DNA from: a virus
DNA length: 64,000 bases
Virus record (IMG/VR): IMGVR_UViG_3300030116_004830
Coordinates: 1 to 64,000 of that record
Direction: 5' to 3' (one strand)
Below are positions 8,682-17,738 of this stretch, one piece after another (the first letter of the stretch is position 1; each line of letters starts with the position of its first letter). Under the pieces are notes generated by a model. The model worked only from the letters and a program-made list of their open reading frames with translations. It made no database searches and was not told where the DNA came from. The position numbers were made by a program, and so were the translations under genes.

Positions 8682-9619
8682 TGTTATGGACAGAAAAATA
8701 CAGACCGAAGAATATACATCAATTAATTGGACAAGAGTTATTCAAACTCGATGCTGAGAATTGGATAGAGAATAAGGAAATGCCTAATCTACTATTGTAT
8801 GGTGGAGCAGGAGTTGGAAAAACTACTGCCGCAGGTATTCTAGCAAATGAGATGCTAGGCACAGAAATTGATTCAAATTATTTTGAAATCAATGCTAGTG
8901 ATGATAGGAGATTAGAGGTAGTAAGAACTACCATCAAAGATATTGCTCAACAGAGAGCAATAGGTGAAGTTCCTTTCAAGATAGTATTACTAGATGAAAT
9001 GGATGGAATGACTCCTGATGCTCAGAATGCATTAAAGAGAATTATGGAAAGATACGAAAATAATGTTAGATTTATTATTACCGCTAATGATAGAAGTAGG
9101 ATTATCTATCCTCTTCAATCTAGATGTGCTAACTACTTCTTTTCTAATTTAGAAAACACTACAATTTTGAGTTTATTGCAAACAATTCTCAGACAGGAAC
9201 AAATTTCAAATCCGCCATCCGAGAGTGACTTGGGCGGGTTTATAACCCACTACAACGGTGATGTTCGTAGAACGATAACGGAAATGCAAGCCGCACTTGC
9301 AAGTGGACTGAGTTTGAGAAAACAATCAGAAAAGAGTTTGGAGAAATACGATAAAATCTTAGGATTGTTAAGCGAAGGAAATCACAATAAAGCATTAGAA
9401 GAATTACACAATGCCCTATATTCTGGAAAAACTGTAAAAGATATTTGTAATGGATTACACGAAGTTATTGTTAAAAGTGAAATTGAAGACAATTTGAAAT
9501 TCAAATATCTTAGAGCAGTAGGTGAATCAGAATGGAGAGGCAATTCAATGACCCCAAGAGTGCTAGTATCTTGGTTGGTATCTCAAATGAGAACTCAAGA
9601 TTCTCAAAGGAGAGTATAA
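8681..9619 (+). CDS. rfcS: replication factor C small subunit (clamp loader)
   Basis: WTEKYRP, GGAGVGKTT, EINASD, LLDEMD, LQSRC. Confidence 0.95.
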   Translation: MLWTEKYRPKNIHQLIGQELFKLDAENWIENKEMPNLLLYGGAGVGKTTAAGILANEMLGTEIDSNYFEINASDDRRLEVVRTTIKDIAQQRAIGEVPFKIVLLDEMDGMTPDAQNALKRIMERYENNVRFIITANDRSRIIYPLQSRCANYFFSNLENTTILSLLQTILRQEQISNPPSESDLGGFITHYNGDVRRTITEMQAALASGLSLRKQSEKSLEKYDKILGLLSEGNHNKALEELHNALYSGKTVKDICNGLHEVIVKSEIEDNLKFKYLRAVGESEWRGNSMTPRVLVSWLVSQMRTQDSQRRV

Positions 9620-9681
9620 TCCTTAACGGATAATTAGTGAAAGCAAGAAAAAAGAAAGAAAAAAACAATGGAGGAAACAAC

Positions 9682-10917
9682 ATGGAAATGAATAATGAAA
9701 TTGAAAAGTATGCTGAAATTATCGGCGTTACTGTTGAAGAGGCAACTGCTATCTTCAATGGTATCGTTACCGATAATAACTTGGACGTAAACACGGAGAA
9801 CGGCCTTAAGGTCGCAAGAAGTGTATTTAGGTCTAAGTTCAGTCAAGCAAGAGCAAGAATGATGAACGAACAAAAGACGGGCGAAACTTCCCAAGAGGAA
9901 TACACTGGCCCTACCTTTACAAAGACCGCAACAGGATTCTTTTATGCAGGAGATAATCCTACCAATTGGGAAGAGAGGAATAGAAACACTCTCTTAGCCG
10001 AATATCAAAGAGATGCAAATACCGCACTTAACAGTGGTAAGATTGCAGTTGCCGTTCTTCTTAGTGATGGTCGCTACGAGGTTAGCATCCTTCACGATGG
10101 AGAAATCACTACTAAGGTAATGGAGAAGTTACCTGATACTGAACCTATGCAGGTTGATGACGATAGGTGGATTATTCCTGTAGATAACAGGAAGGCCTTC
10201 CAAAGCGGTCAACCCAATAAGAACTACGGTAAACCAACTCCTCCTGAGAGATGGTCTAAGACCCTTTACTTTGTAGGTAAGGTAGGAGATGATACTGAAT
10301 ACTCTGAATATCAATTGAGATTGAACGGAGATATGGCGAAGAACTTCTCACCGAATACCTTTGTTTGGTGTTCACTAGAGGTTGTTCCTAATTCAAACAA
10401 TCCTAAGAATCTAAGCGCTAGAAAGGATGGAAGCACTGCTGACTCCCTACAGTATTTGGATAGTGATGAGAGTTTGCTTGAAGTCATTCAGAACGTTCTT
10501 GGAGATAAGGTATCTTCTCTAGTATCACTAGATGATTATCACTCAGAGAACTCTCACAAGGCTTACGCAGATAAGTTGGTTATTACCGATGGTAATGTTG
10601 CTAACATGAAGTTGGAGCCTAATTCAAATGGAACTAGAGTATTGTATCTAAGCGATTTGAATGCTGACTTCGATTACGAAGGTGAGGGATATTCATCGGT
10701 TACTGCATGGATTCCGCCGTCAATTGATATTGACTTTGGTATCGGTAGTAACGTAATTATCAGTGGAAGAACTTCACAGGGAACTGATGAAGAAGGCCAA
10801 CTTAGACCTGTTACTGTTAACGTCCTAGGACTACATGTAGTAGATAGACACGGTTCTGCTGATGTTTACAGTGAACCTGTTGAACAGGCTAATGACGATT
10901 GGTTCAGTTGGGACTAA
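9682..10917 (+). CDS. probable multi-OB-fold ssDNA-binding protein (RPA-like)
   Basis: Position in replication block, beta-rich C-terminal region (VLYLSD...VTAWIP...VIISGR), acidic-aromatic tail DDWFSWD; start at ATG after GGAGG. Confidence 0.55.
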   Translation: MEMNNEIEKYAEIIGVTVEEATAIFNGIVTDNNLDVNTENGLKVARSVFRSKFSQARARMMNEQKTGETSQEEYTGPTFTKTATGFFYAGDNPTNWEERNRNTLLAEYQRDANTALNSGKIAVAVLLSDGRYEVSILHDGEITTKVMEKLPDTEPMQVDDDRWIIPVDNRKAFQSGQPNKNYGKPTPPERWSKTLYFVGKVGDDTEYSEYQLRLNGDMAKNFSPNTFVWCSLEVVPNSNNPKNLSARKDGSTADSLQYLDSDESLLEVIQNVLGDKVSSLVSLDDYHSENSHKAYADKLVITDGNVANMKLEPNSNGTRVLYLSDLNADFDYEGEGYSSVTAWIPPSIDIDFGIGSNVIISGRTSQGTDEEGQLRPVTVNVLGLHVVDRHGSADVYSEPVEQANDDWFSWD

Positions 10918-10926
10918 TTGTAAAAA

Positions 10927-11035
10927 CACTTGCGGGGTTTATCGAATAATAAGGGAAAAAGAAGTCACACACATCGGGATAGTTATCCATTGAGTATCAC
11001 ATACTGTCGGATACGAATCCCTTCCCCCAAGAGTG
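10927..11035 (+). ncRNA. candidate structured intergenic element (multibranch)
   Basis: CTTGCGGGG 10929-37 pairs with CCCCCAAG 11024-31; AAGGGA 10951-56 pairs with TCCCTT 11018-23; three internal hairpins. Confidence 0.4.
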
Positions 11036-11057
11036 ATAACTAAAAGGAGAAATTAAT

Positions 11058-11942
11058 ATGAGTTTAACAAGTATGAAAAGCACAAAGAAAGAAGGAGCAG
11101 TAAAGCCTCAAGTCCAAAAGGAATTGCAATATCAGCAATGGAAGAAGGCAACTGCCGAACAAAGAAAGGCACAATTAAAGAGGAAGCATTCTCATTTGGT
11201 GGTATCTATTGCCGCTAAAGCAAAGAATGGTAAATCAGGTTTGGGCCTAGATATTAGAACGCCTCAAGAAGTAAAGGATGGACATGTTGTTCGCTTCCTA
11301 GATTTTGACGATGGCGCAGAAGTAACATGGAAAGCCTGTTGGGATTCAGACCCTAACATCTATGTTTACTGTCCTAATCATTACAACTCTGATGGAACAG
11401 AGAACTATGCATTAACTATGCAGAATGCTCTAAACTTCGTTAGAGAAACAGAAGAAATGATTGAAGATAAAGATACAAACGTTAGAGCATTTGTAGTTGA
11501 CGGAATGGATAAGTGGAACGATTGTGCTACTAACAAACTTCGTTACGAAATCAACAAGGGTGATAGGAAGAAAATGACGAATCCTATTTCCCCCACTGCC
11601 TATGGAGCAAGGAACATTGACCACAATGAGTTGTTCATTAGTGTGCTAAGGTTGGAATGCGATAAGGTATTTATTACCCATCTTAAGCCAACATTTAGTG
11701 ACCACATGAATCCTACACCAACAGGATTCGTTCCTAATTGGAATAAGGATGTTCCTGATAAGATGCTACAAATGATTGCTATCAAAGATGAATCTGTTGG
11801 TAACAATACTAAGTATGTAGCAAGGCTACAAGCAAGTAAAACAAATCCGAACATGGTAGGCAGAACATGGACTATTTTTGAGTCCAATGCTAAAGAGGCC
11901 AAATGGAACGGTATTCCTGAACTACAGAAGAGGGAAATTTAG
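11058..11942 (+). CDS. RecA-superfamily ATPase (RadA/Sak4/AAA_24-like recombinase)
   Basis: Variant Walker A AKAKNGKS, FLDFD, Walker B FVVDG, VFITH; lies between SSB and PCNA. Confidence 0.7.
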   Translation: MSLTSMKSTKKEGAVKPQVQKELQYQQWKKATAEQRKAQLKRKHSHLVVSIAAKAKNGKSGLGLDIRTPQEVKDGHVVRFLDFDDGAEVTWKACWDSDPNIYVYCPNHYNSDGTENYALTMQNALNFVRETEEMIEDKDTNVRAFVVDGMDKWNDCATNKLRYEINKGDRKKMTNPISPTAYGARNIDHNELFISVLRLECDKVFITHLKPTFSDHMNPTPTGFVPNWNKDVPDKMLQMIAIKDESVGNNTKYVARLQASKTNPNMVGRTWTIFESNAKEAKWNGIPELQKREI

Positions 11943-12046
11943 GCTCAATCGTGAGTAGGGTTTTGTTGGAGTAATAAAACAAAAAAGTGTTGGGTAGGGA
12001 GTAATCCCTTCAACAAGGGCAGGGGTGTCCTTTGATTTTCCCTATT
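11943..12046 (+). ncRNA. candidate structured intergenic element (cloverleaf-like, not tRNA)
   Basis: TAGGG/CCCTA closing stem enclosing three hairpins; GGAGTAAT occurs twice. Confidence 0.45.
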
Positions 12047-12067
12047 AGCGTAAGCAAGGTGATTAAA

Positions 12068-12844
12068 ATGCAAATTCAAGTAAACAAACAAGATATAATT
12101 GAGGCCATGAAAAATGTAGAACTCAAAGGAAAATGGGCGACAACGAGTGGACTATCTTCAAAATCTTTAGGTAAATATATTCAATTTCAATTAAGAGATA
12201 ATCAATTATTGTTAATCAATTCAGATGAATCGACTACTGCAATAAAGGCTATTCCTGTAGAAACAGAAGATACTGGTTCCTTTGTTTTAGATATTGAAAT
12301 GATGAAAAAGTATCTTACTAAAATGAATGATGATATTCTATTTGAAGTTGGAGATACCATAGTAATGAAGTCAGATGGTAAGAGGGCTACTATGCCTATA
12401 GTAGTTGAACATCCTTTTCATGGTAGAATCGAAAGGTTTGTGGCTCAATGGCCAATAGCCTTTGAAGAAGATTTAACGAGAATACCTACAATTGGTAGTA
12501 TCGAGTTTAACTGTGGTATTCAATTAACCGCAGATGAACTTCATAGTGCCATTGATGCTTGTGAAATAGTAAACAATGGTATCTATAAATTAGATTTTAG
12601 AGAGGCTGATGAAGTTAGTCGGCCTAAATTTATTATATCCTCTGAACAAACAATTTCCTCTTATAGGGAAGAAGTTTCTTTTTCTAATGTTATCGGAGAA
12701 GGAGCAACGGTATTGTTTAGTGGTCCTATGCACAAGTTCTTTGGAAAGAAAGATATTGTGAATATTTTCATTGGGGATGACCAACCCATTGTAATGATAA
12801 CAGAAAATAGCGCTTTGGTTCGTGCGCCAAGAATGGGTGTTTAA
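12068..12844 (+). CDS. pcn: DNA sliding clamp (PCNA-like)
   Basis: About 258 aa, two-domain clamp-like pattern, C-terminal LVRAPR (compare PCNA LAPR); sits next to RFC and PolB; AAGGTGA RBS. Confidence 0.8.
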   Translation: MQIQVNKQDIIEAMKNVELKGKWATTSGLSSKSLGKYIQFQLRDNQLLLINSDESTTAIKAIPVETEDTGSFVLDIEMMKKYLTKMNDDILFEVGDTIVMKSDGKRATMPIVVEHPFHGRIERFVAQWPIAFEEDLTRIPTIGSIEFNCGIQLTADELHSAIDACEIVNNGIYKLDFREADEVSRPKFIISSEQTISSYREEVSFSNVIGEGATVLFSGPMHKFFGKKDIVNIFIGDDQPIVMITENSALVRAPRMGV

Positions 12845-12845
12845 G

Positions 12846-14513
12846 ATGATAATTAGTTTTGTAGATTCAGATAAGACCATCAAGATTAGATGGAGAGATG
12901 AGAATAGAGAAAGAATGGAGAAATCAATTGAAGGCTTTAACCCTTATTTCTTTATTCGTTCTACAGATAAAAGACCTGAAACATACAAAACATCTCATAA
13001 GATTATAGGTGGTAAATCAGTTAAACAAACTGGATTCTATGAATACCAAACTGGTGATTACAAAAACCTACAAGGTCAATCTTTGACTAAGGTTTACTAT
13101 TCTAATCCTAAAGATAAATACAATGCAGTAAAACCATTTGTCGCTACATGGGAAGGAGATGTTCCTATCTGTCGTAGATATTGCGTAGATGAATTGGAGA
13201 ACGTCCCTGAATATGAGATGAGAAAATGGTATTGGGATATGGAATGGTTGCCTAAAGGCCACGAACATGAAGACGCTATTACTTGTATAGCAGTATATGA
13301 TAATTATACTAGTAAGAGTAAGTTATACACATGGTTTCCTGAACCCGAATTAGGAGAAAATAACGTCAAGTTTTCAGGATATTCGATTTACGATTCCGAA
13401 AAAGAAATGCTTGAATCATTCGTTAATGATTTACAAGAACAAGACCCTGATATGTTGATTGCTTGGTGGGGATTAAAATCAGACGTTCCACAATTGATTA
13501 AGAGAATGTTTGCTAACAAGATAGACCCAAGAAAGTTATCACCACATAAGGAAGTAAAGAATGTAGGATTCAATGCTTTAGGTAGTGTTGAGTATTCTAA
13601 CATTGAACAACCGATTCGTGGTAGGCTATGTTTGAATCTTGATTTGGCTTTTGAGAGGCAATGGATGGATGCTCAAAGAGGAACGCTACCAAGCAACTCA
13701 TTGGATTATTGTGCAAGTGTATCTGTTGGGGAAACTAAGAAGAAAGAATCTAAGTTTACTGATAGGAACGAATTTTTTAATCGAGCATGGTTAGAGGATA
13801 CTCAAAATTATCTTGAGTATTGTCTTCAAGATGCAGAGTTACTACATAAGATAGATGAAGAAATGGGATTGAGTGAAGGTGTATTGGCGGTTCAAAAAAT
13901 TGTGAAAGCACCGTTTGAAGATTGTTTCTTTGTTACCATGATTGCGGCCCCTTATTTCATGAGGAACGCCACATGGAAAGCCCCTACTGGAAAGAAAGGC
14001 GCTAAAGAGAAATACGATGGAGCAATGATTTACAATCCATTAGAAGAAGAAACAAATGGTTTACATCTAGGAGTTGCGGCTTTTGATTTTAGTTCGCTAT
14101 ATCCATCAGTTGCAGTAGCAAGAAATATCTCTTGGGAAACCAAATCCAATGAACCAACAGAGTTTGCAGTTAACATTAGAACACCTAGAAACCTAGGTGA
14201 AACTACTACTGAGGATTGGAGATATTACAAAACAGATGAACTCGGTCTACTACCAAAAATGATTCTAACTCTAAAGCCTCTTAGAAAACAATACAAGAGT
14301 AACATGTTAGAAGCATTACAAAATGGAAACAAGAAAGAATATGTTAAGTGGAACTCTATGCAAATGGCCACTAAAAGGTTACTAGCATCTCTATATGGAG
14401 CAACTGCCGCAGTAGGTTTTGGATGGTATGATTTAGATTTAGCCGCTAGTATTACTGCTAGTGCTAGAGAAGCAATTAGAGAAGCCGCATTTAAGGTGAG
14501 GGAATTAGAATGA
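12846..14513 (+). CDS. polB: family B DNA polymerase, N-terminal part (3'-5' exonuclease, motifs A and B)
   Basis: WDME ExoI, YCLQD ExoIII, DFSSLYPS motif A, KRLLASLYG motif B; ends just before motif C. Confidence 0.93.
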   Translation: MIISFVDSDKTIKIRWRDENRERMEKSIEGFNPYFFIRSTDKRPETYKTSHKIIGGKSVKQTGFYEYQTGDYKNLQGQSLTKVYYSNPKDKYNAVKPFVATWEGDVPICRRYCVDELENVPEYEMRKWYWDMEWLPKGHEHEDAITCIAVYDNYTSKSKLYTWFPEPELGENNVKFSGYSIYDSEKEMLESFVNDLQEQDPDMLIAWWGLKSDVPQLIKRMFANKIDPRKLSPHKEVKNVGFNALGSVEYSNIEQPIRGRLCLNLDLAFERQWMDAQRGTLPSNSLDYCASVSVGETKKKESKFTDRNEFFNRAWLEDTQNYLEYCLQDAELLHKIDEEMGLSEGVLAVQKIVKAPFEDCFFVTMIAAPYFMRNATWKAPTGKKGAKEKYDGAMIYNPLEEETNGLHLGVAAFDFSSLYPSVAVARNISWETKSNEPTEFAVNIRTPRNLGETTTEDWRYYKTDELGLLPKMILTLKPLRKQYKSNMLEALQNGNKKEYVKWNSMQMATKRLLASLYGATAAVGFGWYDLDLAASITASAREAIREAAFKVRELE

Positions 14514-14827
14514 GATTAAATGATTATCAAGGATTAGCAAGAAAAACTGCCTTATACCCAATGGAGGAAGGTTTGACTTATACTGCATTAGGATTATGCG
14601 GAGAAGCAGGTGAAGTTGCTGAGAAAATTAAGAAGTTCATTAGAGGAGATGAAGGAGTTTCTGTTAGAGAAGATTTACTACTAGAATTAGGAGATGTTCT
14701 ATGGTATCTTTCTAATTTGGCTTTTGAATGTGGCTATACTCTACAAGCAGTAGCAGAGGCTAACATCGAAAAACTAGACAATAGAAAGAAAAATAATACT
14801 ATCAAAGGCAGTGGTGATAAAAGATGA
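14510..14827 (+). CDS. mazG: MazG-like nucleotide pyrophosphohydrolase
   Basis: GLCGEAGEVAEKIKK...ELGDVLWY...NIEKL..R...GSGDKR. Confidence 0.92.
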   Translation: MRLNDYQGLARKTALYPMEEGLTYTALGLCGEAGEVAEKIKKFIRGDEGVSVREDLLLELGDVLWYLSNLAFECGYTLQAVAEANIEKLDNRKKNNTIKGSGDKR

Positions 14828-14949
14828 ATAGAATGTTCAAATGTAAACATTGCAATAAAATTGGTATGTCTGAACATTACATGAGATGTGTCCATTGTTA
14901 TGCTACAATGTCTAAGGATGAACTAAAGGAGTTGATAAAATGCAAATAG
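14824..14949 (+). CDS. 41-aa zinc-ribbon microprotein (not in ORF track)
   Basis: MNRMFKCKHCNKIGMSEHYMRCVHCYATMSKDELKELIKCK; ATGA overlap with mazG. Confidence 0.6.
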   Translation: MNRMFKCKHCNKIGMSEHYMRCVHCYATMSKDELKELIKCK

Positions 14950-15869
14950 TTTACGCACATACAGATTCACTATATGTTCCCGTTCCCTCTATAGAGAAGG
15001 CACTAGAAGTTAGAGAGGTATTGAATGACCACATTCAAGAAAATGTATTTCCTAATATTATGGGTTTAGAAAATCATCCTATGGATTTAGAGTTTGAAAA
15101 ATATTATTCGGTCTTAGGAGTAGGAGCCACAAAGAATAGAAATGCAGGTTTTATCTCTTGGAAAGATGGAGTGCATTTACACGAACCTGAGTTTTTCGCT
15201 ACAGGGTTTTCATTGAAGAGAATTGCTGAATCTAAGATTGCAAAGGATACTCAGAAAGAAGTCATAGAGATGTGGGTTAAACAGAAAACGGAAGATGAGA
15301 TAACAGAAAGAGTCAGAAGTATTTTTACAGATGTCCTAGAAGGCAGAGTTGAGAAATTAGACCTTGTTAAAAGAAGTAGATATAAGGACGAAAGAAAATA
15401 TCTAAAATGCAGATGTAAAAGAAAATACGATGTAGAATACGTTAGAAAGTTACTTCGTATAGTTCCTGATGCGTTATGTGAAAACGATAATTGTAACGCT
15501 AGGCTATCGGAACTTACTACATTAGAAGGTAAAAGACCTTCCTTTGGTGGAGGGTTCGCAGGAGTATTGTATTACAATGAACATGTAAAACCTCAAGATA
15601 AAATTGATGATTCCTTTTATCATATGAAATGTAAATTCAATGGTATGGTTCAACCAAATACCTTTACTAACATAAAAGGTGAATCTAAATCTGCGGGTTA
15701 TATTGCAGTAAAGAACTTAAATGAACTAGAAAATTACGAACCCGACTGGCCCTCGTTAGCCGAATCGGAAGTTCTCAAAAAAGCCAAGCCCATTTACGAT
15801 GCAATGGGTTGGGATATTAACGAAGTAAGAAAAGACAAAAAACAAAAAGAATTGGATGAGTGGTTTTAA
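14940..15869 (+). CDS. polB: family B DNA polymerase, C-terminal part (motif C, thumb, PIP box)
   Basis: YAHTDS motif C variant, LEFEK, KNRNAG (KKRY equivalent), C-terminal QKELDEWF PIP box; own AAGGAG RBS. Confidence 0.9.
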   Translation: MQIVYAHTDSLYVPVPSIEKALEVREVLNDHIQENVFPNIMGLENHPMDLEFEKYYSVLGVGATKNRNAGFISWKDGVHLHEPEFFATGFSLKRIAESKIAKDTQKEVIEMWVKQKTEDEITERVRSIFTDVLEGRVEKLDLVKRSRYKDERKYLKCRCKRKYDVEYVRKLLRIVPDALCENDNCNARLSELTTLEGKRPSFGGGFAGVLYYNEHVKPQDKIDDSFYHMKCKFNGMVQPNTFTNIKGESKSAGYIAVKNLNELENYEPDWPSLAESEVLKKAKPIYDAMGWDINEVRKDKKQKELDEWF

Positions 15870-16732
15870 TGAGTGAATATACATATCAATGGAATGCCGA
15901 ATGGATGAACGACCCTACTATGCCTTTATTGAAGGTAACAAAATCTTCACTGAATACTTTTGAGTTCTGTAGAAAACAATATGAGTTTCAATACATAGAA
16001 GGCAGAAGGTCTGAACCTAATGCGGCTATGGCTAGAGGTTCAACAGTTCACAATGCTTACGAAGATTTCTACAATGAATTTGAACTTAAGAAAGCAGAAG
16101 AAATGGATGAGAACTTATTGTATGAATATTGTATAGGTCTTTTTCCTATAGACGATTATGGTGAAGTGTATCAAAAGATGTCTGCGTTTGAAACTGAAAG
16201 ATTCTTGAAATCAAAGTCAGCAAATACTTTGCCTACATATTTACCAGTTGGTAACGAAATTAGATGTAACGCCCAACTAGAGATTAGTAGTTATGCAGGG
16301 GCTAAAGGTAGAAAGCCTCATTTTCATCTTAAGAGAGATTACACTGTTCATCTTCAAGGTATTATTGATAGAGTATTCCAAGAAGGAGAAGGTTACATCC
16401 CTGTTGAATTAAAAACAGGTATTTGGAAAGATAGAAAGCAATCTCACATGAGGAACGAAATGGCCTTCTACAAAGTCCTGATGGATGCAGACCCCGATGT
16501 TAGTATGGACCCTATTACTCATTGGGCATGGTATTATCCTGATTCTAATTATTTTCAATTGGAACCAATTAAGCCGCTTAATGAAAACAATATACCTAAG
16601 AGAATTGCTAAGTTGATTAAGGCTTACGAAGACAACAGGTTCCCCGCCTCGTATTTTCCTAAGAAATGCGAACATTGTTCATTTATAGGATTGTGCGACT
16701 CGGCGCAACAAGCGGAGTTATGGGATTGGTGA
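15869..16732 (+). CDS. solo Cas4-like PD-(D/E)xK exonuclease with 4Fe-4S cysteines
   Basis: N-terminal FCRKQ, GSTVH, GIID, ELKTG, C-terminal CEHCSFIGLC; ends QAELWDW. Confidence 0.85.
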   Translation: MSEYTYQWNAEWMNDPTMPLLKVTKSSLNTFEFCRKQYEFQYIEGRRSEPNAAMARGSTVHNAYEDFYNEFELKKAEEMDENLLYEYCIGLFPIDDYGEVYQKMSAFETERFLKSKSANTLPTYLPVGNEIRCNAQLEISSYAGAKGRKPHFHLKRDYTVHLQGIIDRVFQEGEGYIPVELKTGIWKDRKQSHMRNEMAFYKVLMDADPDVSMDPITHWAWYYPDSNYFQLEPIKPLNENNIPKRIAKLIKAYEDNRFPASYFPKKCEHCSFIGLCDSAQQAELWDW

Positions 16733-16734
16733 TT

Positions 16735-16950
16735 ATGAAAGAAAGAGCAAAGAAGATTTGGTTTCTAACAGTAGATGCTCTCACTATTTTGGTGTTGTTA
16801 ATATGGAATGTTAGTATTATCCTAGTGATAGGAGTAGCATTGATTCCCGTATTAACGTGGAGATTTTTATTTGGGACCAAGAAAGAGATTACTAGATATG
16901 CAAAGGAGGGTTTGAAAAATGAAGGAAAAGATACTAGCGAAGATAAATAG
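16735..16950 (+). CDS. small membrane protein
   Basis: Long hydrophobic stretch; GGTGA RBS before ATG 16735. Confidence 0.6.
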   Translation: MKERAKKIWFLTVDALTILVLLIWNVSIILVIGVALIPVLTWRFLFGTKKEITRYAKEGLKNEGKDTSEDK

Positions 16951-17422
16951 TAAGGACTGGAAGTTTCATGAGTTATTGAAACTGAAAGAAGTTGCTAAAT
17001 CTGTCTCAGAAGAACTTTACCATGAGTTAAACTTGAACGACCAACTTGAACTAGTTTGGGAAGTAATGTTAGATAATACAGAATGGACAAATCAAGGCAG
17101 GTATGCTACCTTTGGTTCTTTGTTTAAAAAGTTAGTAACAGAGAAACTGGAAGAACAAGTAATGATTGTTTTTCAGGATAAATTTGAATCAGCAACAGTA
17201 AACTTTGGAGCAGAAAAAACTGAAACCCCCTTAGTTCCAGTGGAAAAACCTGCATCATTAGCGGATAAATATGCTAAAGACCCAATGGAGGATTTAGTAA
17301 AAGGAAAGGATGTAGATGTTCCTGTTAAGAATGTAAAACCTACCTTAAAAGAAAAGGATGGTCAAGTCGAGACAAGATTAGGTAATGTAAAAGTAAAGAG
17401 AGTTGGTGGAAATGGTCTTTGA
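16919..17422 (+). CDS. hypothetical protein
   Basis: GGAGG RBS. Confidence 0.7.
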   Translation: MKEKILAKINSKDWKFHELLKLKEVAKSVSEELYHELNLNDQLELVWEVMLDNTEWTNQGRYATFGSLFKKLVTEKLEEQVMIVFQDKFESATVNFGAEKTETPLVPVEKPASLADKYAKDPMEDLVKGKDVDVPVKNVKPTLKEKDGQVETRLGNVKVKRVGGNGL

Positions 17423-17567
17423 TGAAATGTTAGAAGGACAAAAGAAATTGACGGAAACGATGGAAGAAATCCATCAAACCCTCAAATTCAGCAATCGAAT
17501 AATTATGATGGTTAATGTCGTTAATATTCTTACCATTATCGTAGTCGGTTTGGTGTTATTCCAATGA
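17412..17567 (+). CDS. 51-aa coiled-coil protein with C-terminal TM helix (not in ORF track)
   Basis: MVFDEMLEGQKKLTETMEEIHQTLKFSNRIIMMVNVVNILTIIVVGLVLFQ; GGTGG RBS. Confidence 0.55.
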   Translation: MVFDEMLEGQKKLTETMEEIHQTLKFSNRIIMMVNVVNILTIIVVGLVLFQ

Positions 17568-17579
17568 AGAGGAATAGAT

Positions 17580-17738
17580 ATGAGTTGGCTTAAAGAGAAA
17601 AACAAAAGAAGTTACGAGGAAGCCCAATATAGACGGGCTATTTACAGAGAAATAATATCAGCCGAATATTTCTTTCTAAAGGACTATATGTTTACCTTTG
17701 AATTAAAAGACGGCAAACTAATAAGGGTGAAAGAATGA
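17580..17738 (+). CDS. 52-aa hypothetical protein (not in ORF track)
   Basis: MSWLKEKNKRSYEEAQYRR...KLIRVKE; GAGG RBS; ATGA overlap with primase. Confidence 0.5.
   Translation: MSWLKEKNKRSYEEAQYRRAIYREIISAEYFFLKDYMFTFELKDGKLIRVKE

Noticed and set aside
11943-12046. tRNA gene
   Set aside because: Cloverleaf-like but lacks the T-loop GTTCRA, D-loop consensus and 7-bp acceptor stem; no tRNA was recognised anywhere in the window.
14510-14827. 2-aminoadenine (Z-genome) or other base-modification pathway
   Set aside because: MazG alone is insufficient; no PurZ, DatZ or other modification enzymes occur in the window.
14510-14949. Intron or split intein interrupting polB
   Set aside because: No C/S...HN intein termini and no recognisable intron core; the gap is filled by two coupled ORFs and the second half has its own RBS.
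15869-16732. CRISPR-Cas system suggested by Cas4
   Set aside because: No repeat-spacer array or other cas genes seen; solo Cas4-like nucleases are common in archaeal viruses.
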